Source of the DNA: Octopus sinensis
Lineage: Eukaryota
Assembly (NCBI RefSeq): GCF_006345805.1
Contig: NC_043007.1
Coordinates: forward strand, 46,190,001 to 46,254,000
Direction: 5' to 3'
DNA length: 64,000 nt
The notes below the pieces were generated by a model. The model did not search any database and was not told the DNA's origin. It saw nothing but the letters and a program-made list of their open reading frames with translations. Of the stretch, positions 12,801 to 27,489 are shown piece after piece (within the stretch, counting starts at the first letter, position 1; each line of letters starts with the position of its first letter). The position numbers and the translations under genes are program-made.

Positions 12801-14777
12801 ATATATATATATCAAGCTTCTTTGATAATCCTTCAGGTACACGTACTCGTAAATACTTCTGTGGAGTAATTATGAAATCTTTGTTAAATGTGATGACATT
12901 ATAGAATTGATAGGTAATTTGTTGTTGCTTTGAGGTGATAGAGTCAACCTCAAAGTGAATTATTGGGACTTATTCACAACAATACTTAACCTATTAATGA
13001 CACTGAATTTATAAGGGTATAAAACAAATACTTGATACAAATTGTGATTTGTGTATGATCTGTATTAAAGAATGAAGCATGTTCTTGACGCGTATGTAGT
13101 CTGTATCAAACGGATTTCAATGAATATTTTTCAATTGGTATTTCGGTCAAAATAATACTATCTGTGAATTTTCAGGCAATTTCATTGACTCGAAAAATCT
13201 CGGCACGAACGGGTTAATATGTAAATATAATGTTCAGTATAATATTAAAATTATTTTAACTTTATATCAATTTTCGAAAGTATTGTATATATTCTATTCA
13301 ATTATGTGTAGATCTCCAGCTATGAGGAAACTGTCCACTGAAACGTATTCCGATATTCCGTAATCTTTCTGTTCTTAATACTATTCAATGCATAAACCCT
13401 AATAGGAAATTAACCAGTTTAATATATTATAAATCATATGCGATCATTTCTGTACTTAACGGAAAACAGTATTTGTAAATTAAATCCAAATGTTTAGAAT
13501 CGATCATAGAATGAACATTTTATAAGAAGAGTACACTACATAAAAGTACGTTTATTCTAATATACTTCTGGTATTGATTAACATACATATTCGTCTTTAA
13601 ATCAAGGCAATATCGGAGCATATTAAACTTAAACTGTGAGACTACAAAACCAAATACCACGAAGTGTCACTGAAATTTGAATCCTATCTACCACTCTTGA
13701 ATTTGTTGTAAATATGCTAAAGGTATGTTATTAACGTCATGTGGTAGAGAGATTTTAAGACACATCGTTATGAACATCAAATTTCATTATGGCAATATTG
13801 TACATAGCTGAAGTCAGCGGATTTGCAAATGCAAACTACCCCACAACTATGAGTCTAATCGGAATAAGCTAATTAGTATTTCCGTTAAATATAATACACC
13901 CCATTGATATAAAGTTATTTAAATTGTCCATTGCATATAAATACGTGAGCGATAGAATGAAAATCTGCGAATCTATAATATACATTAAGTGCATTTATAA
14001 ACGCTGCAAATTTCCAGAAGTATATAGGATAAGCATCGTGACATGATGTGTGATATAGTTAAGTCTACTTAACAAATGTCTTAACTTGAGCAATTCATCT
14101 CAGCTTTATGACTGATTGAGATAACTTTAGTGGAACGCTATGAGATGAATGATGGAATAATAATTCGACTTCTCTGGATGGTAGATTTTCACTTCAGAAT
14201 TAAGTTGAATTTCAATGGCCTTACTAAGGTGCTCGCTAAAACCATAAAAGAATATTGGAAAATGATCAGAGATGTTCATGTTATGAGTAGAGATATAGGA
14301 TTATAATTAATCGTTTAGTGTCACAATTCATTGATTATTTAGAATAACCGCTTTATTTAATGTTCTCTCCAATATTTAGTTGGATCGGGGTCTTCAGATT
14401 TTGTCCGATAGGGTTAAGTTTGAAAAACGAATCATTATATGTGGTGTAGCGTAAAGAAAATGTGTATGAAGAAATATGCATATAACGAAGAGGGCGAGAT
14501 GACAGAATCATTAGAATGCAAGGCAAAATGCATAGCAGTATTTCATCAATCGGTACGTTCACTGTACAAATTCGGTTGGAGTCGACAGATGACCACTGGG
14601 GTCCATGTAACCAAGTTACTCTCCCCTCTAACCTTGCAGGTTTTGTGCAAAATCTGAGAACAATAATTAGGTACGTTACGACTGTGAATATATTTCATTG
14701 ATATCGTATTTTCCCGAAGGAAGAAAATGCAAACATAAAATTAACTTACACACACCTACACACACACACACAATCAC

Positions 14778-14918
14778 ACGATGGTTTTTATTGAGTTTCC
14801 GTATGCGAAATCCACTGATAAGGCTTTCGTCAGCCCGAGGTTATTGTAGAAAACTCTTGCCCAAGGTACCACGCAGCGGGACTGAGCTCAAAGACATGTG
14901 ATTGGGAGGAAAACTGTT

Positions 14919-14923
<5 letters not shown>
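14778..14923 (-). mobile_element. SINE family B, 5' half
   Basis: The reverse complement matches the head of 41907-42323 (cactgcgtggtaccttgggcaag, gtggatttcg...acggaaac). Confidence 0.7.
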
Positions 14924-14954
<31 letters not shown>

Positions 14955-15212
14955 TTGGTGTAATTGATAATTATTCCAAATTAATTAATTTCACCCTTCA
15001 TTGTTACTGATAACCATATTCATCCCAGTAAATGACCACAGCACTTTGTCTTGGCTACACGCGGGTGGGAAGGGACTGGTGACACAAGCTTTCATTCACA
15101 CTTTGAATTTGGTGATACTAGCTGTGGCTTCTAGCTCGCTCTGATACTGAGTTGAGTTGGTGCCTTCTAGTATCTCAAAATTCAATATACAATCATTCAT
15201 GATTGTTTGTAT

Positions 15213-15304
15213 CCTGTGCTGATGAGAGAAGAAGTCTGGGTAAGGTAGAATTATCTAATTCTTATGCTTTCCTAAGACTTGATCTCGAAACGTACGTCCG
15301 TAGG
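15213..15304 (+). ncRNA. Type I hammerhead ribozyme, copy 1
   Basis: Stem I cctgtg/cgtagg; CTGATGA 15219-15225; long stem II gaga...tctc; GAAA 15287-15290; stem III C-gtac-GT; cleavage triplet GUC ending at 15298. Confidence 0.85.
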
Positions 15305-15798
15305 TGACTTAAAACTGTATGATAGATTGCCGTTAATTCATTCTCTCTTACCTGTTTGTGTTTGCCTTTCAAATGCTGTGTCTTTACTGTGATCCCCCTT
15401 TTGGTAGAAGAAATAGCTATAATCTCTTTGACTGCTATTTCTAAATTCGGTGTGCGGTAAGGCAATTCGTTGCTAAACCCTTAATTGCTTAGTATTACTT
15501 AAATTTTCCTCGAATGAGGCTTTTACACGCCGAAGACTACTTGGTGTAATTGATAATTATTCCAAATTAATTAATTTCACCCTTCATTGTTACTGATAAC
15601 CATATTCATCCCAGTAAATGACCACAGCACTTTGTCTTGGCTACACGCGGGTGGGAAGGGACTGGTGACACAAGCTTTCATTCACACTTTGAATTTGGTG
15701 ATACTAGCTGTGGCTTCTAGCTCGCTCTGATACTGAGTTGAGTTGGTGCCTTCTAGTATCTCAAAATTCAATATACAATCATTCATGATTGTTTGTAT

Positions 15799-15890
15799 CC
15801 TGCGCTGATGAGAGAAGAAGTATGGGTAAGGTAGAATTATCTAATTCTTATGTTTTCCTAAGACTTGATCTCGAAACGTACGTCCGTAGG
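15799..15890 (+). ncRNA. Type I hammerhead ribozyme, copy 2
   Basis: Stem I cctgcg/cgtagg; CTGATGA 15805-15811; GAAA 15873-15876; GUC ending at 15884, exactly 586 nt after copy 1. Confidence 0.88.
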
Positions 15891-16077
15891 TGACTTAAAA
15901 CTGTATGATAGATTGCCGTTAATTCATTCTCTCTTACCTGTTTGTGTTTGCCTTTCAAATGCTGTGTCTTTACTGTGATCCCCCTTTTGGTAGAAGAAAT
16001 AGCTATCATCTCTTTGACTGCTATTTCTAAATTCGGTGTGCGGTAAGGCAATTCGTTGCTAAACCCTTAATTGCTTA

Positions 16078-16214
<137 letters not shown>

Positions 16215-16360
16215 TAGCATTTAAGCATTTGTACAACTGTCTGTTACGAAATCACATTTATATAAAGTGTATTTGCTCTACTATTCTGTGTATTCAGCCC
16301 TGCCTTATCTTAGGTATTCTTTCATAGAAAACAACTCATATGATTGTATATTTATGTATG

Positions 16361-16438
<78 letters not shown>

Positions 16439-16987
16439 AGATACACACACACACATACATATGTGTATATATACACACACATATATATATATATATATAA
16501 TTATTTATAGATACAGACACACGCACACACACACATATATTTATATATAGGAAAATAATTTATATATATGTATTCATTTATGTATGTGCTTGCATGTATG
16601 CTGAAGGGCGGTTATTATAGCATCACCAGCGCTCAACCTATGAATTGTAGTTATTCTTTCTATGTATATATTCCTATACAAACTCATGTCTGCAAGAACA
16701 AACAGTGCCATTCCCGATTGGCATCATCCAAAGATTGTCGATGGGAACTGTTTACAAATATCCATAGCATTACAAATTAGATTGCCATGCCACGTCCGCA
16801 CATACACACACACACATACACACACACATACACACACACATACACAACTGTTTCTGTGAATCTGCTATGCCTTGAACTACCTAGTTTTATCGACATCTCT
16901 GGAATAAAATTCATAAGGCTCGTCAACCTTCGAAGCCTAACAACCAGTACAGAACATCTAAACAATCGAGAAAACATTATCCTTTCT

Positions 16988-17221
16988 AAGGCGACGAGCT
17001 GGCAGAAACGCTAGCACGCCGGGCGAAACACTTAGCGGTATTTCGTCTGCCACTGCGTTCTGAGTTCAAATTGCGCCGAGGTCGACTTTACCCTTCATCC
17101 TTTTGGGGTCGATAAAATAAGTACCAGTTACGCACTGGGGTTGATCTAAACGACTTAGTTCCTTTGTCTGTCCTTGTTTGTCTCCTCTATGTTTAGCCCT
17201 TTGTGGGCAATAATGAAATAC
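16988..17221 (+). mobile_element. SINE family A monomer
   Basis: Full head AAGGCGACGAGCTGGCAGAAACG, box B and core; degenerate TSD aaaacattatcctttct / aaaacctttatcgtttct. Confidence 0.85.
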
Positions 17222-18235
17222 AAAACCTTTATCGTTTCTTTTTATCAGAATGTGGTTGTGTCATTTCCAATGCCTTTTGCATTGTCGTCGTTAGGCATTA
17301 GTTATCACAACTGATACTCCGTAGGGAAAATATATTCGTTAGCAGCAAACCGTTCTCCCTATTAAGAACAGTGTTTTCACTTTACCTCTTCAGAATTTGA
17401 AACTTGGAAATTGTATACACTTAGTGAATATTAAGACTTAATGAAATAAAGAAAATGGTTCAACACTGTATATACATTGCATATGATATATAGATGGTTA
17501 TTTTATAATTCAGTTCTGCTTCAACTGAATATAGGGAGTTGATATTCAGTTCGGCGTCTATTCGCAATATCAGTCAATGTATTATTTAATATTTCATAAA
17601 TAATATTTGGGACAATGTTGGACTTTTATTCAGCAGGCGACTGTAAGTGCATGTGATTGACAAAATCTGAAAGGGCCGATATGCATCTCCATTCTCGTGA
17701 GTCACACTGGAACTATTCATTTTTGTCTTACTCCGATATGTATTTGTCTGGGACGAAAACCGCGGCGTCATGCCTGCCAACGGTTTATCATACGTTAAAT
17801 ATGATAAACAGAGGGCTATAAAATTAAGAGATTGGGTTTAAATTTTTAGGCCCGAAAATTTGAGGGTAAAGAACAAATTTATGATATCAACTGTAGTGTT
17901 CAGCTGATACTTATTTCATTGAGATGAAAGGCAAAGTTGACTCTAGCCGAATTTGAACTGATTATATAAAACCGGAAGAAATACTGCTGACGATTATGAC
18001 CGCTGTGCTAACGATACAGCCAACTCACCAGCTTAATGGATATTTGAAGAATACCAGCTTATTTCCTTCATAAAACACACAAAAAGAAAATGAAGTTTTA
18101 ATATAAGGTGGATAGATACTGCTGTAATGTAAATGCTCGGTGGTAGTATGGAAAATATAAATGCCTTTATGTGGCTGAAAGATTCATCCTACACACGTTT
18201 CTGTAGCGTATCTGTAAATATTCAATTCCATACAT

Positions 18236-18545
18236 GTTTTAGTGGTATTCGGCTCATGATCTTAAGCCATGAGTTCGATTCCCGGCAGTACATTTTGGCC
18301 TTCAGCAAGACATTTTATATCACGTTACTACAGTCCGCTCAGCTAGCAAATACGTGTAGTACCAGAATTTCAAAGTCCCTGTCAATCAGTGTCGCGCTAA
18401 AACTCTCAGGGGTCTTCTTTAAGGGCATGCGTGTCTGTTGTCTGTTGAGTGCTCTGTGACTTCCACGTTAATCTGACGACAATGCTGTGCCGCTGCACAG
18501 ATCAAATGAGACCCTTGTCCTCGTGACTGAATGCCAGTTTTATAT
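18236..18545 (+). mobile_element. tRNA-derived SINE family C, degenerate
   Basis: Box B GAGTTCGATTCCC, central cagcaagacattttat...cagtcc.ctcagct domain, and a 3' cacgttaat...gctgt segment resembling 4865-4925. Confidence 0.55.
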
Positions 18546-20502
18546 CATCCAAAATTTAGAATGAAAATTTATATTTCCATTTGTGATTATGACCAACTCT
18601 ATTTTCCTGCAAAATATTTCTTATTACTGATTTTACTTTCTGAAGATTTTGCACTTTCTATTATGAAACGATAGATAATGCGTTTGTCGGATAAAAAAAC
18701 CCAAGTAGATTAATATATTTCAGTAGCATGAGGCCATTCGTAAGCTGTAATTGAATAAATCAATTTATGCTGTCGTAGAACATCTATTTTATTTAGACAC
18801 CACGTGTGCACACACACACACACACACATACCCAAGCATAGAGACACGCACGCAAGCGCCACAACCTCTTATACAGCAATGCTCCATTTGCCTAGAAAGG
18901 GCATTTCGTATACGACGAAATCGAATTTCTTAAATTTCACACAACTGGTTTGCATCTGTAAGTACCCTAGATACCTGTCAGATCTTCATTGGCGTTATAA
19001 TCATTCATTCATCAGTTTATGCTAGTTTTGTCTTTTATATTGCAGCCACAACATATATCCACGGAAAACAAATGCCTGAAAAGCTGAATGTCTCATCATT
19101 CCTATGCATGAACAGCAATTGTTCTACAACGTAAACAGATAGAACAAGATTCAACACAAAACACACAAATGCAACAATAATATCCGCCACCTCCACACTA
19201 TGTAATGCGATGGCTATAGACAGAAAGAAAAGGACACAGATACAAATAGTAAAATGCATAAATCCATATATACACATACACAAAAGACACACATGTACAT
19301 ACTTATGATGAAATATAAGAAATAGAGATAAATAAGTAAATATATGAAAGAAAAGACTATATAAAATGCACGGATACAAGCAATATAGTAAACAAAACCC
19401 ATATACTCACACATAAAACACACATGCAAGACACATAGACACACAGATACACGCACAAACGCATTCACAGATAAGGATACGCATCTTAGAAAGACAGAAT
19501 GGACTAAACAGAACAAAAGGATATAAGCAGAATGAATGAAGAGGTCACAGATATGTGACGAAAAATTTCCAGACAATGGACATAAGATAGGATAACAACA
19601 AAAATAAACGAGTGACGTAAGAATATGTATCGGGTATCTTTATTTGCCAATAAAATAAATAACCATCTCGAAACATAACAATATAACATTGTTACTCCCT
19701 TTAGATACAAAAAAAGAGTGTACTCAAAATTTTATGTCTGGTTAGAAAACATTTTAAATAGTTTAAATATTTTCTTTAATGGTAGCAAACATTATTTTGT
19801 TTTAACCTGGATAAACAGCGAACGTAACGTGGCTCACGTTCTTTGTATACATTAATTTATAAACTCTAAACATTTTCTAATCCACCACCACATTATAGAC
19901 AAAGAAATTCATCTGGCCATTGGAATTCTTCATTCATAACGATACTAACTATTTGTATGGTGGGGTTCCCTATATTTGATGCAGGCATTACATTTTCTCA
20001 GGTACAGTGACAATGTATTTCTTTTGCTATCTGTCCATACTCAACTATAATAGCATTCTTATTGTACGCGCTAGGTGATTTCATTGTAGTTTTAGCCAGT
20101 CAAATCCAAATCACCAGGGTCACATATTCTTATTTCGTATATTGTGCCCACTATCACAGACTTCGTACTGTCCACTTGAAACAATCTTTCCTACTTAATA
20201 TGTGAGTCATCTAGCACTTGCTCATTGGCAGGGGTTTCCCTTGCAGCCGATCAAGAAGAGGATATGGGAAGATGGTCTTACCAACACTGGGAGATTTATG
20301 ATGAATGGCAAACATTTCATTTGGTCATTTTAAAATTAAGAATTCATATATAGAATAAGAGTACTATTACGCTATGTACGTCTCCAAATGCAAATCATTA
20401 ATGTAGATGTACTAAATTGTTAGCAGAAATATCAGAATATCTATAAAATTAATAAATGCCTTAGCTGTATGGCCGTATATCAAGTCGATTCCTACTTGTT
20501 CG

Positions 20503-20903
20503 AGGCGGTGAGCTGGCAGAAATTTTAGCAAGCCGGGCGAAATGCTTAGCGGTATTTTGTCTGACGCTACATTCTGAGTTCAAATTCCGCCGAGGTCAAC
20601 TTTGCCTTTCATCCTTTCGGGGTCGATTAAATAAGTACCACTTACGTACTGGGGTCGATATATTCGACTAAATCCATTTGTCTGTCCTTGTATGTCGTCT
20701 CTGTGTTTAGCCCCTTGTGGGTAATAAAAAAACAGGTATTCCGTCTGTCTTTGCGTTCTGAGTTCAAATTCCGCTGATGTCGATTTTACCTTTCATCCTT
20801 TCGGGGTCGATATATTAAGTACCAATTGCGTACTGCGGTCGATCTAATCGACTGGCCTCTTCCCAAAGAATTTTGGGCCTTGTTACTAGAGTAGAAAAGA
20901 AAA
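20503..20903 (+). mobile_element. Dimeric SINE family A (~400 bp) with TSD
   Basis: Same two-module structure and junction (aaaaaaacaggtattccgtctg) as 10647-11040; flanks GATTCCTACTTGTTCG (20487-20502) and GATACCTAATTGTTCG (20904-20919). Confidence 0.85.
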
Positions 20904-21106
20904 GATACCTAATTGTTCGGTATTTATACTATTATCTATTTTCAATAATTTATCGGTGTTTTATCCTCGGCTGGTTCTTTCAAAAAAGTTTTAAACATCC
21001 ATAGCAAAATTTGTCAGGGGAAATTGTAAACTGCCACTCACGATTAGTACAGGACATTAGCAAAACATAACCATTTTCTGTTGATTTATCTATTTTCACT
21101 GAGCCA

Positions 21107-21260
21107 GTATGTATGTATGTATGTATGTATGTATGTATGTATGTATGTATGTATGTATGTGTATGTGTGTATGCATGCATGCATGTATGTATGTATGCAT
21201 GTATGTATGTACGTACGTACATACGTAGGTGTGTGTGTGTGTATGTATGTATGCATGTAA
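21107..21260. repeat. (TATG)n-type microsatellite
   Basis: Read directly. Confidence 0.9.
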
Positions 21261-23054
21261 GTATGCATGTATGCATTATATATATATATATAATTTGTTA
21301 TATATATATATATCTGTGTATAAATCGATGTATGAATGTGTGTGCATGAGAGTATATGTGTCTGTGTTCCTCTGAGAGAGTGTTAATGTGTGACATACTG
21401 TTAGTTGGGGATTTGTATCGGCTTCTGAGAATGGAATATAAGTGACAGTCCCAATAAATTGCAATACACCATTTTCATTGTTTTCTATTGCGCACACTCC
21501 TGCATACACATAAACACATGTGCCACATGCATATGAGCTTGTTTGTATATATCTGTATACAGATGTAATGAAGAACAAATTCTGATACAAAAATTCTATG
21601 TATTGAGTAACAGACATACATACACGCCCATGCCTACACAAACTCACACACGTCTGTCTATTTGAAAATGTTTGTGTTTATGTGAATATTGTTTACACAC
21701 ACACGCACACACATATATATGCTGAAGCTTTTGTCCAGAAAATCCTTCTTCAATCGTATACGCCAATACTGTCTCTATATAAGTATATTTCGATTAAAAT
21801 GCAAATATATAATGAATAACTTAAGAAATAAACAATAAATACATATATCTATATGTTCTGTTTATTCAAAATGCCATGAAGTATTAATCTTCCATTTCTG
21901 TATTATGTTCGAAAACACGTTCTTTGACACCGGTCAAAGCAGATTTTTATTAGTGTCGTAGTCAATGTTTTTTGGTGGGTGAGAAATACCATTTAATATC
22001 TGTTCTTAAGTTTAGTTTCATACACAAAAGAATGCGTATGTTCGTTCGCTCCTCTAGTTTATTTGCATCTGTTCTCTTTGAACGACTTTGAAATATACTG
22101 CTATAAAATATCATATCAATGATCTAGGCATAGTTGTCTATAAATTGCATATATATATATATATATATATACTTACTTGGAAATGGATGTGTGGCGTCTA
22201 GTTCTGGACCTAACGAGCCTCCATGTTTATTTTCGTTCGATTTCCTTGTATATCTCCACTGTCATGCTTTTGTTCCAAACTTTGACCCTCAAAAAATCCT
22301 AAATTTTCTTTTAGAATTCATGGGAACAACTGCATGTGAAGACTCATATTGTCATTGAATGCTCGAAATAAGGAATAACTAGACAGCTGACGACTGATGA
22401 AAGTTTGTTTTTCGGTGTTTACATGTCCTATCCTCCATTTTTTGCCGTTATTTACGTATTTAACTCGTTTGTTTACATATTTCATGTAATATTATGAGAT
22501 TTACTTTTCAGCTCACTTTTGTATGGTCAGCTGAAAGTTTTCAAGCACAGAATTTGTAAATCTATTTGTTTTGGCAATAAACAAAATTCTGACAGACTTT
22601 TTTTAAAATTTGCTCAATTTCATTGAAATAAATTTTTAATTCTAAAACGCCCTATATGGTGTAGCGTTGTTTGTTGTTGCGTTGCTCGAGTAAATATTAA
22701 AATAAAAGGTCTTCTCGCCGTAAACATCCCATCCATTTGTTAAGCATATCGTGTCAAGGAGTATATTATCAAAAATGCATCTCTCCTTTATAGCCGTGAT
22801 TGTATGTTTGAGAAGCTTGTATTCCTGCCATGTCACCTTGGGTTCAGTTGCACTCTGTGACACGTTGGGCAATTCTCTTTCACTACAGCTCCGTGACAAC
22901 TAACGTCTTGTGTATTATATAATTGCCATTACTGTATTGATATATAAACTAACACAAACAACTCATATAATTGTAATATAATAAACAAACAGAAATTTAT
23001 GTATGAAATTGATCTTTTCCTACTTCAATTATTACGTTGTTTTTTTCTTATAAA

Positions 23055-23131
<77 letters not shown>
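23055..23131. repeat. (TATC)n microsatellite
   Basis: Read directly. Confidence 0.95.
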
Positions 23132-23132
<1 letters not shown>

Positions 23133-24783
23133 ATAATAACACTTTGAATGTTGCTCTCGAGAATGAGTAAATGTAATTACCCGACCAACAACGGGTATTA
23201 CTGCTAGTACTATATAAATAAAAATGACAAATGTCCACAGTAAAATATTGAAATTGAATTTCTCTCTTTCATGCACAGAAAATGCATATATAGTCGTGCA
23301 TGCTCTTGATAGCACTGTTAAATCACACGGAAAATTAAACTTCTCAGGCGCATACTCTGTAAATTCTGATAACCACAAAATTGAATGTAGAACGACCAAA
23401 ATTGAAAAACACACATAAAAGAGACCGCGAAATTCATTAAGTTCTAAGACAGCCATAATTTTAATGGCTTCGTTTTAAGATGCGTTTAGTAATGAAACTA
23501 TTCTGATGTCCCATAACCACCGACTTCGTACTGCGCGGACTAAACACCATTTCCCACATAATTTCATTGTTATAATGAGACCAAGTGCATTTTGAAGTTT
23601 TAGCGGATTTACGAATTGAGGAAATCTATTCTTCCAGACGGAACTTAAAGTACCAATTAGGGAATATAAGTAACAAAATATTAAACTCAGGTACTTATGT
23701 GTGTTTAACATGTGTCGGAAAGACTATCTGACCGTATTTCACACACATATATGCCTGTGCACTTATGCACATACACACGCAGGGACACATATACATGCAC
23801 ACGGGAATAACTAAATGCAGCTGTGTGTGGAATTGAGTTAGTTCAATGTGATACGTAGCCGGCACTTTATTTCAAAATAGTATAAATATCAGTGTAATTT
23901 AAAGTGAGAACGCCCTGGGTCACAAATTTATAGTATACTGGATTTCATCCGGTATTTTAGATATTCTGTTACCAACAGACTTCGTGTTCAGTATAATAAC
24001 GCAATTTCTCAAATTTTAACCCAATGTTCTGAAGCGGTCTCATTATATCTATTATTGAAGATACATCGATATCTTCCGAATTCCGTTACAGTATGTTTCA
24101 ACGAAAACGATTACATTTCATTACCTAAAATTACAAATTGGTGTAAAAGGTAGAAGGAGTTCATCTGTTGAAACCTCGGAGATTTGAATGTATTAACAAT
24201 AGATAAACGAACCAATAGATGAAATGAAGACATTACAGAGAGGAAATGGGGTTGTGTGGTCAAATATAACGCTCTTGTTAAAAGAATCTCAGTGTTGTTG
24301 CATATCATCCGCATAATTCTACAGTTCAGTTTATTGAAGCGTGACTTTTCGACGGTAGCTATATTAGGTTTTCATTAGTCAAGAGTCTGTGTTCTCTTAT
24401 GTTCAAGTTCACAGTAATATTATCCGAAATCTAAGATAATTTCAGATATATTATAATGGTTATCCTATGTACTCTCCACACACACAGCCACACAGAGGCA
24501 TGCATACAAACGTACGTGCATACATACGAACAATCATAGACATACGTATATAAATTCCTTAATGACCGTTGCATAGCAAATATGCATCAACGAACAAACG
24601 AATACTACTGCTTCGTAACTGTCATTTTTATCTTAACATTTCAAAATGATGTTTCTTTTATATCATTTGTATTCAGTACTTTAAGTTGTGTTCACTGATT
24701 CAGCTCTGTGGGAAATAAGTTTACAGGTTCACTTGATCTATTTCCACTGCCGACTGGTCATTCCACGACAGATATCTGTCGAA

Positions 24784-25015
24784 AAGGCAGCGAGCTGGCT
24801 GAAACGTTTGCACGCCGAGTGAAATACTTAGCGGTATTTCGTCTCTCTTTACGTTCAGAGTTCAAATTCCTCCGAGGTCGACTTTGCCTTTCATCCTTTC
24901 GGGGTCGATAAATTAGGTACCAATTACGCACTGGAATCAATGTAATCGACTTAATCCGTTTATCTGTCCTTGTTTGTTTCTCTGTGTGTAGCCTCTTGTG
25001 GGCAGTAAATGAATT
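24784..25015 (+). mobile_element. SINE family A monomer with TSD
   Basis: Full head, box B and core; TSD AGATATCTGT(C/T)GAA at 24770-24783 and 25016-25029. Confidence 0.85.
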
Positions 25016-25566
25016 AGATATCTGTTGAACAATGTTCGTCTAATGTTTCATACTGAAGTTAAGTCTTATTGGATGAACTGAAAGTATTTAAAGTGAATTA
25101 CTCTTTCATACGAAAGAGTGATTTCTTTCTAAATAAAGAGCAGTATACCTAATTAATAGATGACAAGAGGCTAATTAAAGTTGCATCTATTTATACATGT
25201 ACGTATGTCTATGAATATGCATGTGTGGGTTTTCGAAGAATCGAGCAGAATATTTCAGGGGATCAGTATTCAGATGTTCATGTTCATCTTAAGAGTAAAC
25301 GATTAATGACGAACGGAAAATATTCTAACTGTAAAAGTGCTAACGGGAAACAAATAAGTAAATACATATATAAATAAATAACAACACAGTTTTATACGTA
25401 TCATAAACGAAACTAATATCTGATAATGAATATACATATACATATGCATACATTCATACATAACACACGCACAGATGCGCGCGCACATAAACACACACAA
25501 AAACACACACGCACACATACACACAAACACACACACATAAATATGGTTGAATCTTATCCAAGTATA

Positions 25567-25627
<61 letters not shown>

Positions 25628-26054
25628 GGTAAAAATTCAATATTAATTTTTACTAGTTCCAAGTATGGGTAAAAATGTTGGTAGACTGCAAATATTAATA
25701 TATATGTGTGTATAAAAATTATACCCGAAGCGAAAAGCCACTAAGTTATGTATTGAGTTTTATAATTATACGCCCATAGCAATTTGCGCTGATGAGCCAT
25801 AGATGGTTGAATGCATTGATTGATTGATATTATTGATTTATTAATTAGTGTATTTAATCGTTAAGTGCGAAATTTCGAAGAACGGGAATGACATCCTTTT
25901 TAGATTCACTCAAATTTTCCTGCCCGCATACAATCAATGTGATAAAATAAGAATGAGTTCTTTCGTGGTTTGAGATTTCACTCCTTTTTTGTTTTTGCAT
26001 GTTGGAAAACCACTTAGTGACGTTTCCCTTCGTCTACAAATTTTATACACACAC

Positions 26055-26116
<62 letters not shown>

Positions 26117-26534
26117 ATATATTATATATATATATGTATGAATTAGTTATAAAGACTACATAGAATCTAGACACATCAAGATGCAAGACGCCAGAAATTC
26201 CTAGGTACAATATCATAGAGTTCACTGTGAGGTTAACGACACTAACAGTATCAAGTTTGGCAAGATACTGCAGACGTGGAATTGCCAAAGCAAATTGAAA
26301 CAGTAGATTCCAAACCGCTGTTTGTTCTGTGTAGCGTCGGCATAAAAAGAGCACACAAATGGCGTTTAAAATAAAAACATCATACATAAAACCGGACAAA
26401 CACAAAGTTGTTAGATAAGTGGTTCTTTAAAAAAATAACAAATAGGCGGACCCGGGGGGCATCTATAATTTACTTTCAGTATATTTCTATTGCAGATCAT
26501 GTGATATTTATGTGAGTAAGGGAAGTGGTTAGCT

Positions 26535-26890
26535 ATGCGTTACAGGAATTTTCTACCCTTGTTCCTCAATATATTCATACTATATGGGGATGGGGTTGTA
26601 CCATAACATTTTCCTTTGTATCTATCTTCTTGGTTTATCAACATTTGGTTCAACATAAGTTATATTACTCTTGAAAATGGACTTTTGTAATACGGTGTTG
26701 TTGTATGAAGCAGCTTGTTTGAAATCAGATTTATCAGCGGGTAGGTCGGAAACATGTCTGAGAATGCTATTAACTAATTGTTTGTTACTTGAGGGTGGGT
26801 CACTGAGCCTATATAGTAGATATCTTCATTTCGTTTCTGGTTGGATTTAACTTCTTGTACTAAGATTGATATTAACCTTCTCATAATTTG
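26535..26890 (-). mobile_element. Penelope-like element RT thumb/linker fragment
   Basis: Minus frame SDPPSSNKQLVNSILRHVSDL...FKQAASYNNTVLQKS...RKMLWYNP resembles the PLE pattern SNHPP..KQL...RR.S.L...F.QAA..Y...L..SG...RKI.WYNPP. Confidence 0.65.
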
Positions 26891-26984
26891 GGATTTGGAA
26901 AGTCAATTACTTGTCATTTTCTGTCCTCGTTGTCTACTACTTCTAGATTCTATTACACACATAGCCTGAGAGTTAAAATCCAAC

Positions 26985-27230
26985 GCCTTCTTCTTCTTCT
27001 TCTTCTTCTTCTTCTTCTTCTTCTTCTTCTTCTTCTTTCTTCTTCTTCTTTATCTTCTTCTTTTTCTTCTTTTTTTCTTCTTTTTCTTTTCCTTCTTTTT
27101 CTTCTTTTTCTTTTCCTTCTTCGCCTTCTTCTTTTTCTTCTTTTTCTTTTCCTTCTTCGCCTTCTTCTTTTTCTTCTTTTTCTTTTTCTTCCTCTTCTTC
27201 TTTTTCTTCTTCTTCTTCTTCTTCTTCTTT
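26985..27230. repeat. (CTT)n-rich polypyrimidine/polypurine tract with internal duplication
   Basis: About 245 bp almost exclusively C/T on the + strand. Confidence 0.9.
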
Positions 27231-27255
27231 ATACATATATATACATATACATATA

Positions 27256-27321
<66 letters not shown>

Positions 27322-27388
27322 GAAAGAGAGAGATACACACATAGACACATGCACTTATACATACACACATATATATGCATATATATAC

Positions 27389-27433
<45 letters not shown>

Positions 27434-27442
27434 CATATACAT

Positions 27443-27484
<42 letters not shown>

Positions 27485-27489
<5 letters not shown>

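Noticed and set aside
13195-13218. piggyBac-like end (TTAACCCGTTCGTGCC on the minus strand)
   Set aside because: No partner end or transposase found.
15262-16051. Duplicated 67-aa minus-strand ORFs in the 586-bp unit as a protein gene
   Set aside because: They lie antisense to the ribozyme, start at a non-ATG codon and have no domain similarity; their preservation is explained by the recent duplication.
16988-17080. tRNA genes at SINE heads
   Set aside because: Box A/B motifs are present but there is no cloverleaf or acceptor stem, and all continue into SINE bodies.
23121-23456. Hydrophobic 111-aa minus-strand ORF
   Set aside because: AT-rich composition explains the hydrophobicity, it ends in (TATC)n, and it has no recognisable domain.
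25780-25825. CTGATGA-gcc...ggtt-GAAT hammerhead-like string
   Set aside because: GAAA is broken and stems I and III do not pair convincingly.
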